In this document: piece by piece, positions 14,800 to 28,850 of the stretch | Numbering within the stretch: position 1 is the stretch's first letter | How the letters are laid out: every line of letters begins with the position of its first letter | Assembly: GCF_009914755.1 (NCBI RefSeq) | Contig: NC_060928.1 | Source: the human T2T-CHM13v2.0 reference genome, Homo sapiens | DNA: 64,000 bases | Reading direction: 5' to 3' (one strand) | The notes under the pieces: generated by a model | What the model saw: only the letters and a program-made list of their open reading frames with translations | What the model was told of the DNA's origin: nothing | The model's database searches: none | Program-made: the position numbers and the translations under genes

Positions 14800-15655
14800 A
14801 TGAAAGGAGATCTGTCAGACATACAACCTAAATTAGTATTCCATATATATTTCTAAAAAATCAATGAGAAGACAATAAGATAGCAAAACATACAAACAGG
14901 AATTTCACTAAGCCTCAAGTGGCCAATATGCTTAGGAAAAGGTATTCATCCTCATTAGCCATCAGGGTAATCAAGTTGAAATCACAACATTTTATACCAA
15001 TGATGTTGGCTATAAACAAAAAGTGAAACTGAATTTTTTTTTTTTTTTTTACAAGAATGCAGAACAGCAGGCGCTTATTCTGGCATTACTGGGAAAGTTG
15101 CAAATGTGTTTATCCTGTGACCTAGCTATCTCTGGGCTAGATATACACGTATGGAAGATGTGTACAGAAATGTTCACAGAAGTCATAATGTGTAATTACA
15201 AAAAAACTGGAAATAATACAAATGTTTATTGACAGAATTGAAAAATAAATTTTGGAATATTTATATAGTAATGCACTATACACCAGGAAAGACGAATGAC
15301 CTACCGTTCAATCTCAAAAACAAAAATGTTGAGTAAAAGTAGCAACTTCAAAATAAATGGATACACCATTATTTCTTTTATGTAAAATGCAAAAATGTAA
15401 ATTAAAATATTAATCAGAGATAAATCCACATATATTAAAACAATGAAGACAAGAGAATGATGTACAAACAATTCATAGCAGAGCTACCTCTGTAGGGGAG
15501 AAAAGAGAATGGGGGCTAGGGAGGACAGTCATAAGGCTTCAAAATACCGATAATTTTCTGTTTCTTAAGATGCCTGGACGTGAACGTGGATTTTTCATTC
15601 ATGTATTTCTCTTTAAAGCATACATTAATTATATATATTCCTTTACATAAAAGGT
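14800..15655 (+). mobile_element. L1ME 3' end fragment
   Basis: AAGTGGCCAATA...CCTCATTAGCCATCAGGG...; AATCTCAAAAAC...TGTTGAGTAAAA; TAATTTTCTGTTTCTT typical of L1ME3/4 3' region. Confidence 0.7.
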
Positions 15656-15663
15656 AGTATATA

Positions 15664-16065
<402 letters not shown>

Positions 16066-16270
16066 CTAAATATAAAATTAACTATAATTAAAACAATTTT
16101 AGTTATTTTAGCCACTTGTGTCAGGAATCTGGAAAAACTTTATTTTTATCAAATAATAAAACCCTGGAAATTTAAGTCCCTTTGCTTAACCATAGAATAA
16201 AATTAGTTATTTCCATAAATTTATCTATCTTGATGAGCTAGGCAATTCTAAGCTTTTTTAAAAAATTTTA

Positions 16271-16343
16271 TTTTTAGGCTATTTCATAGATGGTAAATCA
16301 GTTTTTTTTTTTTTTTTTTCCTTTTTAGGCTATTTCATAGATG
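16271..16343. repeat. Perfect 22-bp direct repeat flanking a T18 tract
   Basis: TTTTTAGGCTATTTCATAGATG at 16271-16292 and 16322-16343; spacer GTAAATCAG-T18-CC. Confidence 0.9.
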
Positions 16344-16423
16344 ATAGTGGCACTTTTATTCTGACTGACTGTAGATATTGGCTAAGGCAACATTTTGAGA
16401 CAATTTTACAAAGTCAAATTCTT

Positions 16424-16736
16424 ATTTTTTTTTTTTTATTTTTTTTTTTTAAAAGAGACGGAGTCTTGCTCTGTCACCCAGGCTGGAGTGCGGTGGCGCG
16501 ATCTTGGCTCACTGCAAGCTTTGCCTCCTGGGTTCACCCGCCATTCTCCTGCCTCAGCCTCCCGAGTAGCTGGTACTACAGGTGCCCGCCACTGTGCCCG
16601 GCTAATTTTTGTATTTTTAGTATGGATGGGGTTTCACCGTGTTAGCCAGGATGGTCTCAATCTCCTGACCTCGTGACCCGCCCGCCTCAGCCTCCCAAAG
16701 TGCTGGGATTACAGGCGTGAGCCACCGCACCTGGCC
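16424..16736 (-). mobile_element. AluY, full length
   Basis: Diagnostics CTGCAAGCT, CGCCATTCTCC, GTGTTAGCCAGGATGG, ACCTCGTGA; TSD GT(C/T)AAATTCTT. Confidence 0.95.
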
Positions 16737-16744
16737 GTTAAATT

Positions 16745-17090
16745 CTTTTTCTAATTGAAAAATCATAGCTGTATACATTTATGGGGTACAATGTTACGAT
16801 GTGTATAATATGCTATGATTAAATAAAGCAAATTAACATATCCATCAACTCACCTATTTTTTTATGGTGAGACATTTTAAATTTACTCTTAGTTATTTTG
16901 AAATATGCAATACACTATTATTGACTACAATCACCCTGGTGTGCAGTGAATCTCAAAATTGATTCCAAAATCTATTCCTCCTGTCGGAAATTTTGTGCCC
17001 TTTGATCAGCAGCTCTTCACTTTCACCATCCCAACTCCCCCAGCCTCTGGTAACCATTGTTCTACTCTGTGCTTCTGTATCAAGTTTTTA
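16745..17090 (-). mobile_element. L1MA (MA7-9-like) 3' end
   Basis: TATACATTTATGGGGTACAATG...AATTAACATATCCATCA...GGTGAGACATTT...CCCCAGCCTCTGGTAACCA. Confidence 0.85.
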
Positions 17091-18419
17091 TTATGATAGT
17101 TCATAAGCAAAGAAACTTTTTACTGTAATACTTAAGGGAAGTTGTGCTAGAGTTGACTGAAACTTTCATGTGGTTGCAACCTTAGATAAGTGATTTGATA
17201 GTCATGCTGGTCTCTTTTCTCTTCTCTATGCTCCCTTGCATGTGAAGTCAAATCATTCTGTGCCTGCCCTTATGTGCTTCCATGGAGATGGGGAAGCCTG
17301 CAGGATGGATCTGAGCGAGGCATACAGTTGTGATTCAGATTTCACAGTCTCCCTCACAGTCTTCACATTCAGATGAAAATGCACATTCAAAGGAGCTATT
17401 TTATTGCATACAGTTTGCAGTGTCAATGGAAATTTGATAGAAGAATGAAGTCTAACAGCAAGCGTATTATAGTTTTTGGGATTATGAGTTGATTTTCAGC
17501 ACATGAATAGAATAGAGAGACATAAACAGATTTCTATTATGCTTTGCTAGAAATTTCATGTTAAATTTTTCCCTGTGAAGACATAGGTACACATAACTAC
17601 TTAGGTATTTAAAGTTTCCAATAAGAAGAGGAAACAGCAATTTTATTTAAAATTAATTTAGAAAAATCTACGTGAAAGAAATATTTTTATAATTGCATAT
17701 ATTCATATAAATGTGGAATAGGATTTGCATTAGATTTATTTATAATATTTGCTTGTATGGAAGTGATTTTGTGTATAAGTTTTAAAATAATTACAGATAT
17801 ACAATCCTCACAATGAAGTATTTCATGTGTCCCAAACCCAGTCAAGGGGAGATTTAATAATGCAATTATCCTTAGATTCTTTATGTGAAAATCAACAATC
17901 CTCACTTATACTAGTCCCAAGAATGTAAGTTGATATTTTCTACTGCTATATTTAAAATACAAACAAAAATAGCATTAAACTCTTTTAGAAAGCTATTAAT
18001 AATAGGCCTGGGATTAGCTTTCCTGAGATCAGATGTGAAGCTGTTAGATGGTTTTCTGGCATACATTTCAAACAGAAATAAATAGTCTGTATAGCTTGAG
18101 AGATTTAGGAAGGGAAACCCAGAACATGAGAGGCATTGGGAGATAATGTTTATTAGCTGAGTGACTATTTCTTATGATTGTTGAAAATAATTGTATCCAT
18201 ATTACTCTTTGTTTAAAGGTGGTTACAATTCAGATGACTGGATGGATTTTACCCAATATGACTGGTTTTAAAATGATTTCAGTCTTTCTCACATCTTCTT
18301 ACAAATATGGTGAGGGCATATATGTTTTTGCAAAACCTCATGCATAAGGAAAAATAGCGAATGGCACAGCTTAAGGCAGATATGCAGGATATATAACGGA
18401 CAAAGGACACTCTAGAAGG

Positions 18420-18865
18420 AAAAACTGTTCTCCTACTCACATCACTTCTGACACCAAATGGAGCAATTTTCCAGCAATTAAAGTGTGGGACACCAACTGG
18501 TGTCCAGAGTTAGCAGGAAACTGCCCTACCGCCAGGTGAAGGGCTCAGTCGCACAAGACTGCCTACACTTTAGACATCAGTTGTGAGTCTGGAGTGCTCG
18601 TGGTACCTACACTTCTGTTTATCTTGGCTGTAAATGTGAGATTCCTACAATCCCTCCCCAGTTTCATGAGTTTGCTCAAAGGGATCAGAGAACTTGGGGA
18701 AACACTTAGGTTGACCAGTTTAGTACAAAGGATTAAAAGGATACAGATGAACAGCCCGATGAAGAGGCACATAAAATGAAGTATGGGGAAAGGGTGCAGA
18801 GCTTCCATACCCTTTCTGGGCCTGCCACCCTCCCGGAACACCCCTCCCACAGTACCCTGAAGCAC
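18420..18865 (-). mobile_element. MER21-type LTR, partial
   Basis: ACTTCTGACACCAA, AAGGGCTCAGTCGCACAAGACTGCC, AAAGGATACAGATGAACAGCC, GGTGCAGAGCTTCCAT. Confidence 0.85.
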
Positions 18866-19626
18866 AAGCAAACGGACCTGTTGGTGGCAATGGAAGCAAG
18901 TTTGTCCTCTCCCATTCTAAGTGCGCCATAGCCCATTAGGGTCATTGTTCTCTCAGATCCTGAGGCATATTTTCATTCCCAGAGCCTGGCAAGGCCCTAC
19001 AGTACCAAAGCAGGGAGAAAATAAAACACTTTTCTATATACTTTGCCTGAAAAATTCTTCCTTAGAGAATTCCATTGAACAAAGGAAGGAAATCCTCCTT
19101 CCACTGTGTGGAAAGTGCTTCCTGGCTCAGATCTTTTCGTCAGACACCTCCCCGTGGCCATTTCTTTAGATACTCATTCAGAAACTACAGATTGAAATAA
19201 TGCCAAACAAACAGGCACAGAAGTGGTTAGTGCTTGCTTCACTCCAAAATGTGAATTTGGTCATAGAAGCAAAACCTGGAAGAACCAAGAGTGTTAGGCT
19301 CCTTGAAGAATGTTGGCTTTCATGTACCTTCTCTGGCAAGGGAAGAATGGCTGACTTCAGCTTATTCACAATAAATTCCACTTGGTTGTCTAACCAGGGA
19401 GCAGGAAAAAGATTTCTCTCTAATCCAGCAAAACCCAGATACGTGATTGGTTTAGAGCCACTCCCGAAAAATGATTGATGGAAACTGGCTATTTGGTCAT
19501 CCACATGGATGGACTGCCTTCTAGGTTAATGTTCGAAAAGAGGATTCTGACAGTCACAGGAGGGTTGTAAGGAGGGAAGCTAAATAAGATCTGCCAAAAC
19601 TATTTATGGATGAACAATATTCTTGG

Positions 19627-20331
19627 TGTCAACTGAAGAATCATGAGGTTCATAAATTCGGAAAGGAGAGCTTTATTTGTCATAAAAGGTCATAGCCCAT
19701 AGGCTGACCATCTTGCAGGCTAGGATGTATAGCCTCTGGTCAGAAGCTGACAGCAAGCACTTCCAGGGAGCAGTAAAGCATACAGGAATTTATGGCGAAC
19801 GGGTTGGCTAAGTCTACATATTCAACAGGAATATGTAGTTAAAGGAGGAGCTATGAATATTCATGGAGGGGAGGCTCATGCATGTGTAATAGAGTAGGCT
19901 AACATGTATAACATGCGTCCCATGTTCACTTTGGGGTGGAGACTTAACATTTAAGTGCATTATAGTTAGGCCCTATGCATCAAAAGGTGAAGCAGGGACA
20001 CGAACGTCCTCTGTGCACAACCTCTGTAGTCTGGCCAGAACTGCTCCATGGTCAGTGGTCTCTTATCAGGATGGAATGCTGGTCAATTGCTGTGTGAAAA
20101 CGACCAAAAGGAGAAGCAGCATCAGGCAGTTGGTTGATGTCAGCAGTGGAGTGTGTCTTTCAAAAAGACTAGTTTCGGTTAGACCCTTAGGGAAGAAAGC
20201 CTGTTGACAGCAAGGGAGAGATGTGTCTGACCTATTCCATCATTGCCTGGATGTTTTTGAGGTTTCCCTGGGGTCCTTTTGACCAAGAGCGATTCTGTTC
20301 AGTCCATTTAGGATTTTATTTTTCTCTCTCA
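19627..20331 (-). mobile_element. ERV1 solo LTR (MER72-like)
   Basis: TG...CA termini; TGTCAACTGAAGAATCATGAGGTTCATAAATT start; reverse AATAAA (CTTTATT) near left end; GGGGTGGAGACTTAACATTTAA. Confidence 0.75.
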
Positions 20332-20489
20332 ACTGGCCACAACTTTCCCTATTCAAGGTGAGAACACACAGATATAGCAACTACAAAAGATTCTGCACAT
20401 AAAGAGGACGCTGAGCACAGGATAGTATAGCAAAAGAATGTTTTATGAAGACGATTTGTTGAGGAATGTATCTAAAATGAAGGAGCATC

Positions 20490-20765
20490 AGCAATTTCTG
20501 TTTAACACTTTTTTTTTGAAAAATCAAAGCATTACATTCAAATATGAGTAAATACTACAGTACAGAAAAACTTAGGGAAAGCAATGCAACCATGTTCCTC
20601 CATTCCTGTCCCTATCCCACTTCCCAGAGGCAAATTCTAGCAAGTTTTTCTGTCCTTCCGTATTTGTGTGTTTCTGACTTCAATTTCAGACAATTATCTA
20701 TTTATTCTTATTTATAAAAGAGGAGGACTCAGTCCCTCCTCATTACTTGCCTCCCAACGTTTGAA
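20490..20765 (-). mobile_element. Ancient L1-like (HAL1/L1ME) 3' fragment, probably continuing in pieces to ~23480
   Basis: T-rich tail followed by CCCACTTCCCAGAGGCAA motif typical of antisense HAL1/L1ME ends; very diverged. Confidence 0.35.
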
Positions 20766-20768
20766 ATA

Positions 20769-21395
<627 letters not shown>

Positions 21396-21707
21396 ATATA
21401 TTGTTACTAAGATATTGAAAACATTCACTTCTTTGCCATATGCTTTTAACAGTATCTCTTGATAATCCTATTAGTGCCCTCGCTTTTCCTTTATCATTTT
21501 CTTTTAACGTCTTATTTTCTGTTACTTTTATGCTGTCAGGATTGTTTAATGTATGCCTAGCCACACAGTACATGTTTTGCATTCTGTCTATGCATATTTT
21601 TGTGTGTATACATTTATGTAAATATGTGTACATAGCCTCTAAACCAATAATTTACACTATCAAAAGTATGTTAATATTATTTCATATCAGGACAAGAAGT
21701 ATACTAA

Positions 21708-22229
<522 letters not shown>

Positions 22230-23265
22230 TAGAAGAAAATCAGTGACTGTTGGAGGGGCTCCTTCAGATTGAGCCATCAAGGAAGGTGTCGTTATAAAGA
22301 TGGCATACTGGTTGAGACATGACAGATAAGAAGGCACCCAATGGCAAGATCTGGGATGTTAAAGAATAAATTATCCATGGCACTTGTTTGTAAGGCAGAC
22401 TTGACTCAAGGGTGTCCATGGTGATAGGTAGAGGGAACACTGCAACAGGGTCTTGAACAAGGGAGAAAGCCTGGATTCAACTGGGGATCCAACAAGAACA
22501 AATGAGGGTTTGAACCAAGGAGCAGGGTGGGGTCAGTGCATGGAAAATTCCTAAGAAGAAACATCAAAGATAAGGGGTTTCTGGCTAAAGAGACTTGACA
22601 TGACAGACTTACTGCTGAAGGCAGGCCAGGGTGATGAGCTATCTAGGGTGGTCAGATATAAAATATACGGAATTTTCACTTGGAAGCATTCTTTTTCAAA
22701 CCAAATTCTACAAGAGCAGGGAGAATTGAGAGAGAAGCTGAAGGTCAGGCCTACTCAGAAAGGACTCCGGGAGATTTCTAAAGTACTGTTCAAGGGAGAG
22801 TTTTTGTCAGGGGGAAGAATCTTCCAAGTTGAGGAAGCAGTAATATAGGTCCAGTATGGGAGGTAAAAGAAAAAAATTAAAATGCCATACATTTTGGCTT
22901 GGGTAGTTGGGCCAGGACATTTATAGATATGAGAAAGACTTGTGAAAAGTAGATTGGGGTGTGTTTGGGAGAATATTGAGAAACTTGAAAATTGAAATAA
23001 ATGTAGATACAATGTAGGCATCAGATATGTAAGTCTGTGTTTTGGAAGAGGGGGTCAAAAGTGCAAACACACAGTTGAGAGTCATCATCAGCGTGTAGAT
23101 GTTACTTGGTGCCATGGACTGGATGTGATAATTTTGGGAAAAGGTATAGAAAAAGAAGTGAAGAGACAGGTGTCTAGTACCAAGCCCAGGGAGCTCCAGC
23201 ATTTGGAGATACAGCAGAGAAAAATGACTTTACTGATAATATCACCAAGAAGCAGTCAGTGAGAA
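22230..23265 (-). mobile_element. L2 fragment split by MER31 LTR
   Basis: AAGATCTGGGA|LTR|GGGGAAGAATCTTCC rejoins to an L2-like motif; downstream TTGAGAGTCATCATCAGCGTGTAGATG, GCCATGGACTGGATG. Confidence 0.7.
22357..22809 (-). mobile_element. ERV1 solo LTR MER31
   Basis: TGTTAAAGAATAAATTAT...CAAGGGAGAGTTTTTGTCA termini; GCTGAAGGCAGGCCAGGGTGAT; near-TSD GGGA/GGGG. Confidence 0.85.
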
Positions 23266-24687
23266 TTTTTGAGGATTTTAAAAGTCCTGCTTAGTTGATG
23301 AAGTATCTTTCCAAATATCTTTCTTTTTAATATCAATTTATTTATGTTGGTCTTTTTCCTGGTGCTTGTTGCCCACATGTCTAGCAGTTTTGGTTGTGTT
23401 CTCGTACTTAAGACAGAAGAACCAGATAGCGGGTGTAGGTTTCCTCTAATTCTCTAAAAACAGGTCTGTTGTATACTTGAGGGCAAGATGGGGCACATAA
23501 AGCTGTGAAATAATAATAATATATTTTGGGATTCAGAATAATTCTCTTTTATTCCAGTTATGCTTCTCTGATTATGAGACTGTTTAAATATTTAGGTTGC
23601 ACTTTCACAAATCATATGAAGTTGAAATATCTACATAGCTTCAGAGCATGGAGTGATACGGAAATAACTTAATTTTGTCTATTGTCTATAAGCATTCTGA
23701 TCAAAATAACTAATTTAGAAAAAGCCACAAATAGAGAAAAACAGTAAACAAAACATCATAGTTGCAGCTGATTTCATTTGCTGATATTTTTACACTATTA
23801 CTAATAAAGATGCAATTTAAATGACTAGGATTTTGCTTTGATTCTGAAAGTAAGGTAAAAAACACAAATGGGAAAAAAGCAAGTAGAGAGAATTGACTTA
23901 CTGCTGTCGACTTGCTCTATTTTCTTATCAATAGATTGTCATTTTATGGGAAAATTCATATGTATTTAAAGCAGCAGAGTGATGGAATGTACAACAGAGG
24001 TTTTCAAAACAGTCAATTTGAATGTATTCCATGAGTGCTATTCTTAATAGAAACATACATTACAATGTTGATCTTGCTCAGTGTTGTTATTTTGGCATCT
24101 TAAAATTTCTGTTTTGTCAAAGCCTGCTATTTCATTTAAAAAAACAAAAAAACAAAAAAACAAACAAATCTTTTTGCAAGACTAACCTCAAAATAAAGCC
24201 ATGTCCTTAGGTACCAAAATTACTAACTCAGATGCCTATAGATTTCAAGGTTGGTCTTTATTAACAAGGTTCATTTTCAAAATGAGAGCCTCAAACAATA
24301 ATCTCAGCAAACTTGTTTCCAGCCTAATGATTGTGCTAATCCAGGCTGAGCAGATGAGAAATAAAGAAGCTTGTCTCCCTATAAACTCACGTTTATGACT
24401 CTAATTTCCAAGTTCATTGTTCTGTTGATTTTTTATTTTTGGTTTCGAGCCCTATTGTTAAAAACAAAAAACTTGACACCATAGCACTTATGACAACCAC
24501 ACATAAAGGCTTTTCTTGGTGGGATATCTGAGTGTTTGAAATATTTATATAATGACTCACTATTATAGTTTAGATCACCTAGCAAAATCAGTGGTATTCT
24601 TCCAAGTCTTTGACCCTTGGATAATCAATTACTTATGATCCTCTTATTTTGGCATTGTCTATTTGATTAGTCTGAAAAACACCATGT

Positions 24688-24970
24688 CAAAGATAGGAGA
24701 TAGGCAGCCCACAGGCCATGTTTGACTACGCAAATGTTTCTGTGAGCCCATGAAACTCCTTTTGAAATTTTGATCCAACATCACATAACAATCCAGATTT
24801 CTGTCATCTTTTTAAAAACTGGAAAGAAGTGGCGATTCATGGCAAAACATCTTTAGAAGCTGAGTGTTGGCAATGTACTCTTACTCTCCCATCCAATACA
24901 ATCTCCAAAATTCTTAAAATATTTACCTCTGCTACCAACCTGTTCTCTGTAGGCATGTAAATTTGCCGTT
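24688..24970 (+). mobile_element. MER102-like hAT-Charlie DNA transposon fossil
   Basis: GGCAGCCCACAGGCC..., TCACATAACAATCCAGATTTC, GCTGAGTG, CTGTAGGCATGTAAATTTGC follow recalled MER102 order. Confidence 0.65.
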
Positions 24971-24974
24971 TTTA

Positions 24975-26340
24975 TCATTGGTTCTTGTGTTTTGGAGATC
25001 TAAGAAGGAAAAACACAATTATTATCAGTCCCTCCTGGACAGATAATGCACGATGGTGAGACAAGGATAAGACAATGGGGAAAATATTCCCCTCTAGAAA
25101 AGGAAAGAAGAGGAGGACACAGCAGTAGCCGGGCAAGGCAATGACGAAATTTTTCTGGGTGGTCGCAGAGAGGTTCTCTCGACCTGGTGGTGGGAAAAGT
25201 CCCTTGATTGGTTCCTGATTCAGAATTCTGGGGCAATTTGCTTGTGTATTGTTCTGTTTTGCCACTGAGACTTTCCTCGTTGTTTTTTATTGTATTCTCC
25301 AAAGGCAGGAATCTGTTTAGCACATGTTCTCTTCCCAGGTTTTCACAATCTTTCTTCTTCTTGCAAGAAAGCCTGAGGATGTGATTAAAATTCAAAGAGT
25401 CAAAGGCTGTTTGAGCCTGGATTTGTGGTTTCTTTGGTCATGCAATTACCTTAGTAACCTAATAGACTTCTCTATTTGCTTCCAGTAATTTTTATGTACC
25501 AGCAACCAAACCCAAAGTTCTTTCTCAGGCATAATTCTCATGACTGATTTCTCTTTTGGCCTCTCTCTCCCTCTCTCTCCCTCTCTCTCCCTCTCTCTCC
25601 CTCTCTCTCCCTCTCTCTCCCTCTCTCTCCCTCTCTCTCCCTCCCTCTCCCTCCCTCTCCCTCCCTCTCCCTCCCTCTCCCTCTCCCTCCCTCTCCCTCC
25701 CTCTCCCTCCCTCTCCCTCCCTCTCCCTCCCTCTCCCTCCCTCTCCCTCCCTCCCTCTCCCTCCCTCTCCCTCCCTCCCTCTCCCTCCCTCTCCCTCCCT
25801 CTCCCTCCCTCCCTCTCCCTCTCTCTCCTTCTCTCTCCCTCTCTTTCCCTCTCTTTCCACCCCGCACCCCCACTACCTCATTTAGCAGCCAACCTGAGGC
25901 CATTGGACATAATGGACTTGGTAGGAGTCCGTACATTTAATCCTATTTGTGACCCTGTCGGGTTCTTAATGGGCTTTGTTTTTCAAAGCCTCTTTAATCC
26001 TTACCTTTTACTGTTTGAAGTCTAGAACAATTGGCTTTTCAAAATCTTATAGCTCCCATATTTCTAGACTCTCTGAAGTCCTTTACCTTCCTGCTTAGAA
26101 TCTGCCTTAACTCATCCTTTTCTTATAATACTTTGCTAAAAACTGAAAGTAATGCCAACACATACCGTGACTCTTCCTTCTTCCATTAGTTCCATCCAGA
26201 GGTACGGTTATTCTGCCTTCCAGGTTACCATAGACCACTCTGTAACATGGTTCTACATCTTTCCAACCTCCTGTTTTTATTTCTTGCCAGGACAATACCA
26301 GGTACTTTTACTTTACCATAGTACTTTGAAGGTATCAATT
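24975..26340 (-). mobile_element. Possible ERVL/MaLR internal sequence remnant adjoining the LTR at 26345
   Basis: ATGGTGAGACAAGGATAAGA...AATATTCCC...AAAAGG resembles antisense MaLR/ERVL internal region; directly abuts an LTR in same orientation. Confidence 0.35.
25560..25858. repeat. Pure polypyrimidine VNTR with ~10-bp units (CTCTCTCTCC)n/(CTCCCTCTCC)n
   Basis: 299 consecutive C/T bases; 8 perfect CTCTCTCTCC units followed by CTCCCTCTCC-type units. Confidence 0.98.
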
Positions 26341-26344
26341 TCTA

Positions 26345-27049
26345 TATTGCTTAAGGTATTACTAGCTTCTGGAAAAGATAATTTCCAAAATCTCAGTGGC
26401 TTAACAAAACTATATTTTCCCTTCACATTGAATCCAAAATAGCTGCTGCTGGTCATAGGAGGACTCTCCTCACATGGTGATTCAGGAATCCAGGCTCTTT
26501 CCATCCTGTGTCCCAGTCATATTCAGCATTTGACTTTGAAGGGTCTCCATGCTTGTGTCAAGCAGGCAGTGAGGAATAACACAGAAGGTTTTATTGTTGT
26601 TGTTTTGTTTTTCTTTTCTTTCTTTCTTTCTTTTTTTTTGAAAGAGACAGGGTCTCACTCTGTCACCCAGGCTGGAGTGCAGTGGCCTGATCACAGCTCA
26701 CTGTAGTCTCTCCTGGGCTTAAAATCCTCCTGCCTCATCCTCCCAAACCACAGGCATGTGCCACCAAACCTGACTACTTTTTTAAAAAAATTTAGTATCG
26801 ATGGAATCTCACTATGTTGCCCATCCTGGTGTTGAACTCCTGACCTCAAGCAATCCTCCTATGGGCCACTATGCCTGGCTGGAAGATGTTTTTTTTTTAA
26901 TGGGTCAGGTATGTACAAGGTGTACATTACTTCTACTTACAACCTATTACTGCACCTTACTGCAAAGAAGAAAAGAAAATATGATTTAGGCTTCATTTCC
27001 AGGAAGGAGATATAACAGCTTTGGTGATTCGTTAGCAATCTCTGCCACA
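26345..27049 (-). mobile_element. LTR33-like ERVL LTR interrupted by AluJ
   Basis: AAATCTCAGTGGCTTAACA, GTGATTCAGGAATCCAGGCT...TTCCATC, terminal AGCAATCTCTGCCACA. Confidence 0.7.
26589..26880 (-). mobile_element. AluJ with internal deletions
   Basis: GAGACAGGGTCTCACTCTG, GATCACAGCTCACTG, TCACTATGTTGCCC, CTCAAGCAATCCTCC J-type diagnostics. Confidence 0.9.
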
Positions 27050-27055
27050 GACCCT

Positions 27056-27420
27056 GTGTCTCAGTTCATTTGTGCTGCTATATACCTGCATAATTTATAA
27101 ATAATAACAATTTATTTCTCATGGTTCTGGAGGCTGGGAAGTCCAAGATCGAGATACTAGCAGACACAGTGTCTGGTGAGCTTGCTATCTGCTTCCAGGA
27201 TGACATCTTGATTTATTCTCATAAGGGAGAAAGGCAGAAAGAGCAAAAGGCACTAGGATGCTCTAGTCACCTCTTTTATAAGAGCACTAATCCATTCATG
27301 AGGATGGAGTGCTTAGGACCTAATGAGTTCTCAAAAGGCCTCACATTTTAATACTATCATCTTGAGTATTAGGTTCCAACGTAAGAATTTTGGACGGCCG
27401 TATGCATTCAGACCATAGCA
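27056..27420 (-). mobile_element. MaLR solo LTR (MSTD/MLT1A-like)
   Basis: TTCTGGAGGCTGGGAAGTCCAAGATC; TTTTATAAGAGCACTAATCC; terminal CATTCAGACCATAGCA. Confidence 0.85.
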
Positions 27421-27933
27421 TGGTGTATTCCCAAGTACTGAAATCACTACACTAGGGGAAAATAGTGACCGTATGATTTCAATATTATTGACTGAATTTC
27501 CTCACATTTATATTGATCCCAATGAGTATTTAACTCTGTATATGTTGCAGTTATATATTCAAGTGGCTAGTTTATATTAACTTGCTGGCTTTGATTGTAG
27601 TTGTGATAGCAAGGTCTCTATGTTTCAATACGTTCTCTATTTTTAACCTCTGATTATAAGGAGTATGAAGGCATCCTTTCAAGGGAAACAGTAAAAGTAA
27701 ATGAAGTTATTTTGGTTTAATCATGTGCTAGTCCCTATCTTTAATCTGTGGGATAGGCTCCAAGGCCTATAGCTGTGGAAACATCTGAGTGAATTGACAA
27801 GTTGGATTCAAAATGTACTATGAATTTATATAAAATTTGTAAATATAATGTTTTAAAAAGTAGAGACATTTTAGTACCTTGAAGACATAAGGCTGCTATC
27901 TATCTTTTTAGGCTTTTGTAGTTTTTGTTTTAG

Positions 27934-28245
<312 letters not shown>

Positions 28246-28534
28246 AATCTTAAATCTTAAAAGTTTAAAATGTCTTCTATTTTTAAATGACTTTCATAAC
28301 TTTAATGCACTATTTCATTAGGACAGTGATTTGCAAATGTTATCTTTGATTTAAAGTGGTCTTTGTGGTTTTTACTTTTTCTGAGTATTTAAATTTTCTG
28401 GTAAAGAAGGGAGGCTTTGTAAGGCCTAGAAACGTGTCTTTATTTTTATTAAGTAGATGGGTTCAAGACAAAATAAGGAGGAAAAGATGGAAGGAAGGAG
28501 AGAAATCGTACTACCTTGGACTAAAAATAACATT

Positions 28535-28850
28535 TGGTGGGTGCAGTTGGCCCATGCCTATAATCCCAGCACTTTGGGAATCAAGGCGGAAGTATAACTT
28601 GAAGCAAGGAGTTCAATACCAGCCTGGGCAACAAAGTGAAAATCCCTCTCTATAAAAAAAAATAAGAAGAAGAAGAAGAAGCAAGGCATGGTGGTGTGCA
28701 CCTGTAGTCCCAGCTACTTGAGGGGCTGAGACCTGAGAATTGCTTGAGCTCAGGAGTTGGAGGATGCAGTGAACCATGATTATGCCACTACACTCCAGCC
28801 TGGGTGAAAGAGTGAGACCCTGTCTCTAAATAACAATAATAATAATAATA
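28535..28850 (+). mobile_element. AluJ, full length, with (AAG)n middle and (AAT)n tail
   Basis: CCTGGGCAACA, GAGGATGCAGTGAACCATGAT, GAGTGAGACCCTGTCTC. Confidence 0.92.

Noticed and set aside
25525-26025. Four long ORFs (RE/GE-rich and SLP-rich)
   Set aside because: Translations of the CT/GA VNTR, which simply lacks stop codons
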